Origin: Alphaproteobacteria bacterium
GTDB taxonomy: Bacteria; Pseudomonadota; Alphaproteobacteria; JABAAW01
Direction: 5' to 3'
NCBI GenBank assembly: GCA_014238535.1
Contig: JABAAW010000004.1
Span: 1 to 60,811 of the forward strand
Length of the DNA: 60,811 bases
Shown here: positions 38,456 to 46,764 of the stretch, piece after piece
Position numbering within the stretch: position 1 is the first letter of the stretch
Layout: each line of letters starts with the position of its first letter
Notes under the pieces: generated by a model
Told to the model about the DNA's origin: nothing
What the model saw: the letters and a program-made list of their open reading frames with translations, nothing else
Database searches by the model: none
Position numbers and translations under genes: made by a program

Positions 38456-39658
38456 ATGTCGCACTTATCGGAAATTTTATCACGAGTTCGCCCTTCGGCG
38501 ACGATTGCGGCGTCTACCCGCGCGGGCGAGTTGCGTGCTGCTGGTAGTGACATCGTCTCCTTGAGTGCGGGCGAGCCGGACTTTGACACGCCGCGTTTTA
38601 TCATTGATGCTGCTAATGAAGCCTTGCTTTCGGGTAAGACTCGCTACGCGCCTGCGGGCGGTATTCCTGAGTTGCGCGATGCGGTAGTCCGCAAGTTTCG
38701 TCGAGACAACAAGATAAGTTATGAGCGCGGTAATGTTGCGATCACCTGCGGAGCGAAGCAAGCGATATACAACGGATTAGTTGCGAGTTTGAATCAAGGC
38801 GATGAGGTTATTATTCCTTCTCCGTATTGGGTTAGTTACCCCGACATGGTTACTTTAGCGGGAGGAGTTCCGATTATAGTCGACACGAGCGAGGATACGG
38901 GATTTTTGCTATCTGCGTCTGCGCTTGAGGGAGCTTTAAGCCCTCGCACGCGCTGGTTAATTTTGAATTCACCATCTAACCCTAGCGGTTCTCTCTACGA
39001 ACACGAGACGCTGAAGGAGTTAGGGGAGCTTATTGCGAAGCATCCCAAAGCGGGAGTTATCAGCGATGAGATATACGAGCATTTAGTCTACGGAGACCGC
39101 TCTTTCACGAGTTTTGTGCAAGCGTGCCCGCATCTTTTAGAGCGCACGCTTATAGTAAACGGAGTTTCCAAGACGTTTGCGATGACTGGTTGGCGTATTG
39201 GTTATGCTGCTGGTGAGAGTGGTCTTATCAAGGGTATGACTGTTGTGCAATCGCAATCGGCGAGTTCTGCTACGACTTTTTGCCAATGGGCTGCGGTTGC
39301 GGCGCTTGATTCTGACATGTCGTTTTTCGAGCCTATGCGTCGAGCCTTTGATGAGCGCCGACGCTTTATCACGACTGCTTTAAACGATATTGATGGACTA
39401 TCGTGCGCGTTGCCAGAAGGTGCGTTTTATGCATTTCCCTCCTGTGCTGATTTGATAGGACGCAAGAAAGAAGACGGCAAGGTTATCGCTAACGATGAGG
39501 ATTTGACTTTATACGCGCTAGAGAGTGCTGGAGTTGCGATGGTACATGGCGAGGCTTTTGGAAGCCCTAACCATTTACGCTGCTCGTATGCCTGTTCGCT
39601 AGATAATTTACGCGAAGCGACGGCGAGGTTAAAGAGCGCCTTCGGAGCGTTAGTTTGA
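38456..39658 (+). CDS. aatA: Aspartate aminotransferase (class I PLP-dependent)
   Basis: SAGEPDFDTP, GAKQAI.N, PYWVSYPDMV, NSPSNPSG, SDEIYEH, NGVSKTFAMTGWRIGY, PEGAFY. Confidence 0.88.
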   Translation: MSHLSEILSRVRPSATIAASTRAGELRAAGSDIVSLSAGEPDFDTPRFIIDAANEALLSGKTRYAPAGGIPELRDAVVRKFRRDNKISYERGNVAITCGAKQAIYNGLVASLNQGDEVIIPSPYWVSYPDMVTLAGGVPIIVDTSEDTGFLLSASALEGALSPRTRWLILNSPSNPSGSLYEHETLKELGELIAKHPKAGVISDEIYEHLVYGDRSFTSFVQACPHLLERTLIVNGVSKTFAMTGWRIGYAAGESGLIKGMTVVQSQSASSATTFCQWAAVAALDSDMSFFEPMRRAFDERRRFITTALNDIDGLSCALPEGAFYAFPSCADLIGRKKEDGKVIANDEDLTLYALESAGVAMVHGEAFGSPNHLRCSYACSLDNLREATARLKSAFGALV

Positions 39659-39845
39659 CTTACCCTATTTTTATTTACCTTGGATCTATAGAATTTTAGA
39701 ACTCCCTGCTATCGCTAGATAGAGTTCATCTTTCTGTATGGTATAGCTATTGTAGCATAGAGCGTATTGCTATAGTTCATGCTAGGATGGATTTCCAGCT
39801 GATTTACAATAGAAGTTACAATAAACGACACAGAGGATTTTATTA

Positions 39846-41282
39846 GTGAAGACGATTAAGTGCGATATTTGCGTAGTAGGAGGAGGGGCTGGCGGCTTGG
39901 CTTTTGCTGCGGGAGCGGTGCAGATGGGAGCTCGTGTTGTCATTGTTGAGAAACACAAGATGGGTGGAGACTGCCTTAACTACGGTTGCGTTCCGTCGAA
40001 GGCGATGGTTGCTGCGGGGCAGCTTGCGCGCGATATGCGTTGTGCGGATATTTTTGGCTTACCTTCGAGTAGGGTTGATGTGGACTTGCAGAAGGTCCAT
40101 TCGCATATTGCGAATGTCATAGCTTCTATTGCGCCGCATGATTCTGTTGAGCGTTTTGAGTCGTTGGGCTGTCAAGTAATTGAGGCTAGCGGTAGTTTTA
40201 TTGACCATCGGACTTTACTTGCTGGCACGAAGACGGTTCGCGCGAAGTTTTTTGTGCTTGCAGTAGGCTCGCATCCCTTTATTCCGCCGATAGCTGGTAT
40301 TGGTGACACGCCTTATTTCACGAACGAGACGATTTTTTCGCATAATGAAGACATCAAGCACCTTATAGTTATAGGAGGCGGTCCGATTGGTTTAGAACTG
40401 GCGCAAGCGCACCGCAGACTTGGCGTTGAGGTTTCTGTTATTGAGCGAGGTCAGATATTAGGTCACGAAGATAAGGACTTGGCGCCGATTTTAATCGATA
40501 GACTTATATCTGAAGGCGTATCGCTATACCCGACAAGCGACTTAGTGCGCGTGTCTGGTGTTAGAGGCAAGGTGCAAGCGATAATATCGCAGCGTCCGCA
40601 AGAGGAGCAGAAGACTATAAATGGTAGCCATCTATTGATTGCGACAGGTAGGGTGCCGCAGTTAGAAGGTCTGCAGTTAGAGAAAGCGAATATCGCCTAT
40701 ACGCAGCGCGGTATCAGCGTTAACGATAGACTGCAAACTACACGCAAAAGGATTTACGCGATAGGCGATTGCTCTGGTTCTGCGCAATTTACGCATGTTG
40801 CGAGTTACCATGCGGGTATTGCTATCCGTAACATTTTATTTTCTATGCGTGCGCGCGCTTCGCTTACTAACCTGCCATTGGTTACGTACTGCGACCCTGA
40901 GATAGCGTCGCTAGGCTTGTCTGAGCGCGCTGCGATGGAGAAATATGGCAAGAGTTTTCAGACTTTATCTTTCAATTACGATGAGAACGACCGAGCGCAT
41001 GCGATGCACGACAAGGAAGGCAAGATTAAGGTTTTTGTGCGCAAGGGTAAGATATTAGGAGTAACTATCGCGGGAGCGCAAGCGGGAGAGATGCTAGCGC
41101 CTTGGATAGTAGCTAGAGAGAATGGCTTGAAGATCGGTAGCCTTGCGGGACCTATTTTCCCTTACCCGACCTTGAGCGAGATAGGCAAGCGTGTTGCGGG
41201 ACAAGCGTTTGTCGATAAGCTTTTTTCAAAAGGCATGCGACGATTTGTGCGCTCGCTACTATACTTTCGCTCCTACATTTAG
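39846..41282 (+). CDS. Pyridine nucleotide-disulfide oxidoreductase (dihydrolipoyl dehydrogenase / mercuric reductase-like family)
   Basis: VVGGGAGG, GGDCLNYGCVPSK redox disulfide, IGGGPIGLELAQ, YAIGDC, FPYPTLSE. Confidence 0.85.
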   Translation: MKTIKCDICVVGGGAGGLAFAAGAVQMGARVVIVEKHKMGGDCLNYGCVPSKAMVAAGQLARDMRCADIFGLPSSRVDVDLQKVHSHIANVIASIAPHDSVERFESLGCQVIEASGSFIDHRTLLAGTKTVRAKFFVLAVGSHPFIPPIAGIGDTPYFTNETIFSHNEDIKHLIVIGGGPIGLELAQAHRRLGVEVSVIERGQILGHEDKDLAPILIDRLISEGVSLYPTSDLVRVSGVRGKVQAIISQRPQEEQKTINGSHLLIATGRVPQLEGLQLEKANIAYTQRGISVNDRLQTTRKRIYAIGDCSGSAQFTHVASYHAGIAIRNILFSMRARASLTNLPLVTYCDPEIASLGLSERAAMEKYGKSFQTLSFNYDENDRAHAMHDKEGKIKVFVRKGKILGVTIAGAQAGEMLAPWIVARENGLKIGSLAGPIFPYPTLSEIGKRVAGQAFVDKLFSKGMRRFVRSLLYFRSYI

Positions 41283-41293
41283 GTAGATGATTG

Positions 41294-41713
41294 TTAGCGA
41301 TAAGCTTTGTTGCTAGCGCGAGTTTCACCGAGAGATTCGATTTCTTTGTGCTCCTGTTTTTCTTGCGTTAGGTTGTCTTGTTGCTTGCGTTTTTCGACGA
41401 ATTTTTCACTTAATTTTTCACGCTGGTAGTTATCGATTAATTTTGTTTTAGATTGCGCCTGCTCGCCTTGTAGATGCTCTAGCCGTGCAGCCAGTTCGTT
41501 TACACGCGCTTGTGCGTTAGATAGGTAGAAAGGATTTACGATTTGCGGATTATCGGCAGCTATTTGTTCCTCTACTTTCATTGTATTTCGAGCGCGCGCT
41601 AAAGCATTAGCTGCGGAGTTAGCTTCGCGTTGCGCTTTTGCGAAGACTTGTTGCTGCTGTTGAGTTTCTTCGCGTCGTATGCGTGCTAGAATAGCTATAC
41701 TTTTTCTAAGCAT
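41294..41713 (-). CDS. fliJ: Probable flagellar export protein FliJ
   Basis: 139-aa, Gln/Glu/Lys-rich, predicted coiled coil, directly downstream of fliI. Assignment rests mainly on size and position. Confidence 0.55.
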   Translation of the reverse strand: MLRKSIAILARIRREETQQQQQVFAKAQREANSAANALARARNTMKVEEQIAADNPQIVNPFYLSNAQARVNELAARLEHLQGEQAQSKTKLIDNYQREKLSEKFVEKRKQQDNLTQEKQEHKEIESLGETRASNKAYR

Positions 41714-41745
41714 ATTCTTTCATAGCAAATATGCTATCGTTGTAT

Positions 41746-43275
41746 TTAAGGATTTTTTTGCGCTTCATCCTTGAGGTTGATTTCCTTTTCAGTCTCCTGA
41801 GTTACACCTTTGGCTGCACTTTTTCCTTGCAATATTTGTGCGAGAAGCTCGTATAGCGGTTTAAAGCCTAACGCTTCTTCTTGTAATCCTTGGGCGAGGA
41901 ATTCTTGTTCTAAGCGTGGGATGACTTCTATAGCTCTATCGACTACGGCATCACTCCCTTTACGATAAACGCCGAGTTGAATTAGGTCCTCCATGTCTTG
42001 GTATCGAGCGAGCAGGCCCCTGGCGTCAGCTAATATATCGTTTTCCTGCTGGCTATTTGCATTTGGTAGCGAGCGCGAAACGCTCTGCAATAGGTCGACT
42101 GCGGGATAGCGGTTGCGATTTGCGATTGAGCGCGAGAGAGTAATGTGCCCGTCGAGTATGCCTCTAAGCGCGTCCGATATCGGTTCGTTTTGGTCGTCGC
42201 CTTCGACGAGCACGGAGAAGATTGCGGTTATGTTTCCCATCGTATTTTCCTGCTGCAGGCTGCTATCGTCGCTTTCGTTGCTAGCGATTTTTTCTGCATC
42301 AGTTTCTGCATCAGTTTCTGTCTCGGTTTCTGCCGTATTTTTTTTACGAATATTTTTATCATCCTCGATGCCTGTTCCCGCACGCTCGAGCAATCGTGGC
42401 AGTTCGGCGAAGACGGATGGTGTGTATCCGCGCATAGTTACGGGCTCGCCTGCAGCCAAGTGTATTTCCCGCAAAGCCATAGCGAATCTGGTTATGCTAT
42501 CGAGCAAGCACAAGACCTCTAAGCCTTGGTTGCGAAAGAACTCTGCTACGGCGAGAGTTGTCCATGCGGCTTGCCTTCGAGCGAGAGCAGGCTCCTCTGC
42601 TGTCGATATGACGACGACGCTTCGTTTTAGCCCGTGTTCTCCCAAAGCGCTACTAATAAACTCTTTCACCTCCCTTGACCTCTCGCCGATCAAGCCGACG
42701 ACGATGATGGCGCTAGCTTGCGAATGACGCGCTATCATCGATAGCAACAAGGATTTTCCGACGCCGGAGCCTGAGAAGATACCTAAGCGCTGCCCGCTAC
42801 AACAGGTAGCGAATGCGTCTAATGCCCGCACCCCCAAAAGTATTTTTTCCCCTAATGGTCTGCGCAAGTGTGCTGGAGGAGGTTGCGCGCGAATTGGATA
42901 AGCTTCGTCGCCAATTGGCAAAGCGCCCTTACGGTCTCGCACCTCACCGCGTGCGCCGATCACCCGCCCGAGCCACTTCTGCGAAGGGTAAATGACGGCT
43001 TCGTGTAGCGCGGCTATCACGCGATCTCCGACTCCTATTCCGCTCAAGCTGCCGAAAGGCATCAGCAGGGTAGATTTCAGCTGCTGCCCGACGACCTCGC
43101 AAGTCAAGGCTTGCGTGTTGTTAGGGCTCTCGATGGAGCAGATATCACCCATCGATAGGAAGCACTCGAGTCCGTGAATTTCTATCGTCGTCCCGCGTAA
43201 TGCGATGACGCGCCCGCTTGCACGATAGTTGTTTAAGCGTGCGACTTCATTCTGCATGGCATCTAGAAAGTCCAT
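41746..43275 (-). CDS. fliI: Flagellar export ATPase FliI
   Basis: GQRLGIFSGSGVGKS, GLIGERSREV, DSITRFAMALREI.LAAGEP...GY.PSVF.ELPRLLERAG, VLVEGDDQNEPI.DA.RGILDGHI.LSR.IA.R.RYPAVD. Confidence 0.92.
   Translation of the reverse strand: MDFLDAMQNEVARLNNYRASGRVIALRGTTIEIHGLECFLSMGDICSIESPNNTQALTCEVVGQQLKSTLLMPFGSLSGIGVGDRVIAALHEAVIYPSQKWLGRVIGARGEVRDRKGALPIGDEAYPIRAQPPPAHLRRPLGEKILLGVRALDAFATCCSGQRLGIFSGSGVGKSLLLSMIARHSQASAIIVVGLIGERSREVKEFISSALGEHGLKRSVVVISTAEEPALARRQAAWTTLAVAEFFRNQGLEVLCLLDSITRFAMALREIHLAAGEPVTMRGYTPSVFAELPRLLERAGTGIEDDKNIRKKNTAETETETDAETDAEKIASNESDDSSLQQENTMGNITAIFSVLVEGDDQNEPISDALRGILDGHITLSRSIANRNRYPAVDLLQSVSRSLPNANSQQENDILADARGLLARYQDMEDLIQLGVYRKGSDAVVDRAIEVIPRLEQEFLAQGLQEEALGFKPLYELLAQILQGKSAAKGVTQETEKEINLKDEAQKNP
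42291..42334. repeat. In-frame 12-bp tandem repeat x3.7 (AETE TETD AETD) within the FliI insertion
   Basis: Read directly. Confidence 0.85.
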
Positions 43276-43563
43276 TCGCCTATAGCTTCGGTGCGAGCCT
43301 ACTTATATGTATTACTATGGTTTGAGTATTTATCGGCACTAGCTAGCTCGAGTTGCATTGCACTAGCAATAGTTTTGCTACTTGTCGTTGCAAAGCATGC
43401 TAGAGCTTTTAGTTGCTTGCATCAAGCGGGCTTTCGGGACATCTTTTCGTGCACAAAAATAGTGTTAGACGACCAAGCCGCATCTGGAAGACGAGCGGTA
43501 TGCTGGTATATTGGCTGTTTCTGTTTTTAGCTGCCTTGCCATCATAACGACTTGCTAGCAAAA

Positions 43564-43617
43564 CTTACTAAGCTTACCAAGCTTACTAAGCTTACAAAGC
43601 CTACTAAGTTTACTAAT
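43564..43617. repeat. 9-bp tandem repeat x6 (consensus cttactaag) in the fliI/bepA divergent intergenic region
   Basis: Read directly. Confidence 0.88.
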
Positions 43618-43701
43618 AAACTTAGTTTTTTTCGTCTATTCTATCTTGGAATAGACTTCTATCCACTAGAATACATAAGCCTTTTTAGCTACGAATAGAC
43701 G

Positions 43702-45204
43702 ATGTTTAGCTATCCACCAATAATCAAGCATGCGCTGTATTTTTTACTCGTATGCGTGCTCGTTATAGCTCCTAGCGAAAATTCTAGCGCGCGCTCTAAT
43801 ACCTCGAGAGGCTCTGAGGACCCTAGGCTTATCATGGATGCGGAAATAGCCTATAGGCTTGCAAAGATAGCGGAGCCGTTGCTCCCCGCGCTAGGAGATG
43901 CTGCGGAGCGCTTATCGCTACATGTTATGCGGAAGAACGAGATAAACGCGTTCGTGACGGCAGGCACGCATGTTGTATTTATGAGCGGTCTTATCCAAGA
44001 GACTGAGAGCATAGAAGAACTACAAGGTGTTATGGCACACGAGTTTGGACATGTTTTAGCTGACCACTACGCGTTGACGGTTGCGGACGCAGAGCGAGCG
44101 CAACGCACGGCTTTACTGCTTTTGCTCGCCTCGGTTCCGCTCGCGCTTGTAAGTCGCGAAGCTGCGCTTGCAAACGCGCTCGGCTCGCCGCAAGCGGTGG
44201 TAAACCTTACGCTGAGCGAGAGGCGAGCGCGCGAAACTATTGCGGATAATAGCGCGGTACAAATTCTTGAATCTGGTAAGGTTTCGCCGAAGGGGATGCT
44301 CGGTTTTTTAGAAAAATTGCGCGGTGAGAAAGCATCAGGTTACTCGAAATACCTTCAAAGCCATCCAGCGACACAAGACCGCATAGCGTTTCTGGCTAGC
44401 AAGGTACGAAGTTCTAGCGCCTATGAAAATTTTGCGACACCTTCTGCCCGCGAAGGCTTCGAGCGAATGCGTGCAAAGATAGATGCCTTCACTTTTTCTC
44501 CTCGTATCACTTTAAAGAAGTATGCGAAGGGCAAGTTTGCAAACGATGAGGCAAAGCGTATCGGCGCGATGTTTGCGCGTGCTATTGCGTACTACCGTCA
44601 AGGTGATAACGAGCGCGCACTAGAGGAGGTAGGCAATCTTCTAGAGCGAAGGACGCGCGATCCTTTTTTTATTGAGCTTAGGGGCGATATTCTACGAGGC
44701 ATCGACCCACGAGCGGCACAAACAGCGTACCGCGAGTCGCTATCGCTACTTGAACGAGGAGTTGATGCTGGCTACGGGGACGCGCTCACCAATAGTATTT
44801 CTAAGAGTATTTCTAGTAGTATTGCTAAGGGTTTTGCTTTGCCGATTCGCCTTTCGCTCTTTGATTCGCTACTCACTAGTGCTGATAGAGACGATAGTGC
44901 AGTTGAATCGGATTTATCTGAAGCGGAGTCTCTTATGAAGATAGCTTTACTTCGTTCGCCTGCGTCGATTTTGGCACGCTTGAGGCTAGCGCGTCTATAC
45001 GAGCGTCAGGGCAAGCGAGGTGACCGCGCATTAGTTTGGGCTGAGGCGCTCTGGCTAAGAGGTGACTACCACAAGGCGTATTGTAGCGTTAGGGAGGCGC
45101 TTACGGATTTACCGAGCTCTTCGCCTGCGCGTTTACGAGCTGATGATTTAGCGCAGCAAGTTTTATCCAATCGCAAACGCGGAGAGAGATTTACCTGCTC
45201 GTAG
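43702..45204 (+). CDS. M48 family periplasmic metalloprotease (BepA/YfgC-like, TPR C-terminus)
   Basis: Signal-like N-terminus, INAFVTAG, EELQGVMAHEFGHV (HExxH), YLQSHPATQDRI. Confidence 0.88.
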   Translation: MFSYPPIIKHALYFLLVCVLVIAPSENSSARSNTSRGSEDPRLIMDAEIAYRLAKIAEPLLPALGDAAERLSLHVMRKNEINAFVTAGTHVVFMSGLIQETESIEELQGVMAHEFGHVLADHYALTVADAERAQRTALLLLLASVPLALVSREAALANALGSPQAVVNLTLSERRARETIADNSAVQILESGKVSPKGMLGFLEKLRGEKASGYSKYLQSHPATQDRIAFLASKVRSSSAYENFATPSAREGFERMRAKIDAFTFSPRITLKKYAKGKFANDEAKRIGAMFARAIAYYRQGDNERALEEVGNLLERRTRDPFFIELRGDILRGIDPRAAQTAYRESLSLLERGVDAGYGDALTNSISKSISSSIAKGFALPIRLSLFDSLLTSADRDDSAVESDLSEAESLMKIALLRSPASILARLRLARLYERQGKRGDRALVWAEALWLRGDYHKAYCSVREALTDLPSSSPARLRADDLAQQVLSNRKRGERFTCS

Positions 45205-45221
45205 TATATTTTATCAGTTGA

Positions 45222-46346
45222 GTGTCTTTTCGCATTTATAATTTTTTAGTATCTTCTTCGCAAGACGGCGAGCGCCTTGACTTATTTTTATCTACGATGG
45301 TTTCTGCGAGTTTGGGTTTATCGCGCACCCGCCTTGCGCGTTTGATAGATTCTGGCTCGGTGCTAGTGGATGAGGAGCGTCCGAGTTCGCGTTCTTTTTC
45401 TTTGCGCGTTGGTCAATGCGTGCGCTTGACTCTCCCTCGAGCGTTTAGCGCGCCTCCCCCCCCTCCTGCATCGAGTTTTGTTTCTACCAGTTCTCCTCCC
45501 TTGGAGGTATTATTTGAGGATGAGCACCTTCTGTGTTTTGTGAAGCCTTCTGGCATAGTGACTCACCCTGCTTTATCGGTTAGGGGCGAGACTTTAGTCG
45601 ACAGACTTTATGCGCACTGTGGTTCTGCGCTTGCGGGTTATCCTGAGGACTCTCGCTGCGGCATTGTGCATCGCCTTGACAAGTATACGAGTGGCGTGAT
45701 GCTAGGAGCGAAGACTGATGATGCGCGCTTGAAGTTATCTAGTATGTTTGCGCGTCATTCGCTTAGTCGGATTTATGTTGCGCTTGCGTGGGGAGTTCCG
45801 AGCGTTTCGAGCGGTTGTATATCTGCGCCGCTTGCGCGTCATCCGATTAAGCGTACGCAACGAGCGGTATGCCGTGATACGAAGAGGCAAGGTAAATCGA
45901 GACGGGCTGTTACGCACTATAGGACTCTTTGCAGATTTTCGAGTTTTGCGAGCCTTTTGTCTTGCGAGTTAGAGACGGGACGCACGCATCAGATTCGAGT
46001 TCATCTATCGAGCATCGGTCATCATGTTATTGGAGATTCGTTGTATAAGCATCCCCGCCCTCGCGTTTTTTTTGGAGAGGATAGCGAGAAGACTCACATT
46101 GATTTCACTGAGTTAGAGTCTTCGATTAGAAAATCTGTGCCATTATTTTTTGGCGAACGAGCCTATGGTTTGCACTCCTCGCGCCATGCCTTGCACGCGT
46201 TGAGTATTGGCTTTGAGCATCCGATTACGGGTGAGTCTTTATTTTTTTCGAGTCCCCCCCCGCGTGACTTCCAAGCACTACAGGAGCACTTGAGTTTTCT
46301 TACTAAGCAGCCTGAGTTCACAATAGAGCAGCACGAGCGACCTTGA
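45222..46346 (+). CDS. rluD: RluA-family pseudouridine synthase (RluD-like, S4 domain)
   Basis: ERLDLFL, KPSGIVTHP, GIVHRLDKYTSGVM (catalytic Asp), CELETGRTHQIRVHL..IGH.VIGD.LY, ALHA..IGF.HP. Confidence 0.88.
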   Translation: MSFRIYNFLVSSSQDGERLDLFLSTMVSASLGLSRTRLARLIDSGSVLVDEERPSSRSFSLRVGQCVRLTLPRAFSAPPPPPASSFVSTSSPPLEVLFEDEHLLCFVKPSGIVTHPALSVRGETLVDRLYAHCGSALAGYPEDSRCGIVHRLDKYTSGVMLGAKTDDARLKLSSMFARHSLSRIYVALAWGVPSVSSGCISAPLARHPIKRTQRAVCRDTKRQGKSRRAVTHYRTLCRFSSFASLLSCELETGRTHQIRVHLSSIGHHVIGDSLYKHPRPRVFFGEDSEKTHIDFTELESSIRKSVPLFFGERAYGLHSSRHALHALSIGFEHPITGESLFFSSPPPRDFQALQEHLSFLTKQPEFTIEQHERP

Positions 46347-46764
46347 AGATATGAGCCAGCATAGAGGCCAAGCCATTGCTGCGTGAAGGCGAGAGGTATT
46401 CGTTTAAGCCGATAGTTTTTAGAAAATCTGGTTTGCAAGCCAAGATTTTATTTGGTGTTTGGTCGTTATAGACGCGCAAGAGCAGAGCTATTAGCCCGCG
46501 CACGAGTAGCGAATCGCTATCGGCACGAAAGTTCAATTTTTTTTCGCCTGAGTTTTCTTCGACATTGGCAATCATCCACACTTGCGACACGCAACCGTGT
46601 AGTAGGTTTTTTTCTACGCGCTCGCCGTCTTTTAGCGGTTCGAGATTTTTTCCTTGATCGATGACGTACTGGTATTTGTCAGCCCAATCGTCAAAGAACG
46701 AGAATTCGTCTATTAATTCTTGTTTAACCTTGTTGAGCGAAGATATAGAGTCGCTTTCGCTCAC
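46318..46764 (-). CDS. sufE: Cysteine desulfuration protein SufE
   Basis: F..FDDW.DKYQY.ID.GK.L, HGCVSQVW, ADSDSLLVRGLIALL, LSPSRSNGL.SM. Confidence 0.93.
   Translation of the reverse strand: MSESDSISSLNKVKQELIDEFSFFDDWADKYQYVIDQGKNLEPLKDGERVEKNLLHGCVSQVWMIANVEENSGEKKLNFRADSDSLLVRGLIALLLRVYNDQTPNKILACKPDFLKTIGLNEYLSPSRSNGLASMLAHIFKVARAALL

Noticed and set aside
43291-43530. 79-aa plus-strand ORF or ctrA remnant upstream of fliI
   Set aside because: No response-regulator motifs, no SD; a GTG-start hydrophobic ORF expected by chance.
46318-46346. Convergent 29-bp overlap of rluD and sufE as antisense regulation
   Set aside because: Short 3' overlaps are common in compact genomes; nothing further supports a regulatory role.
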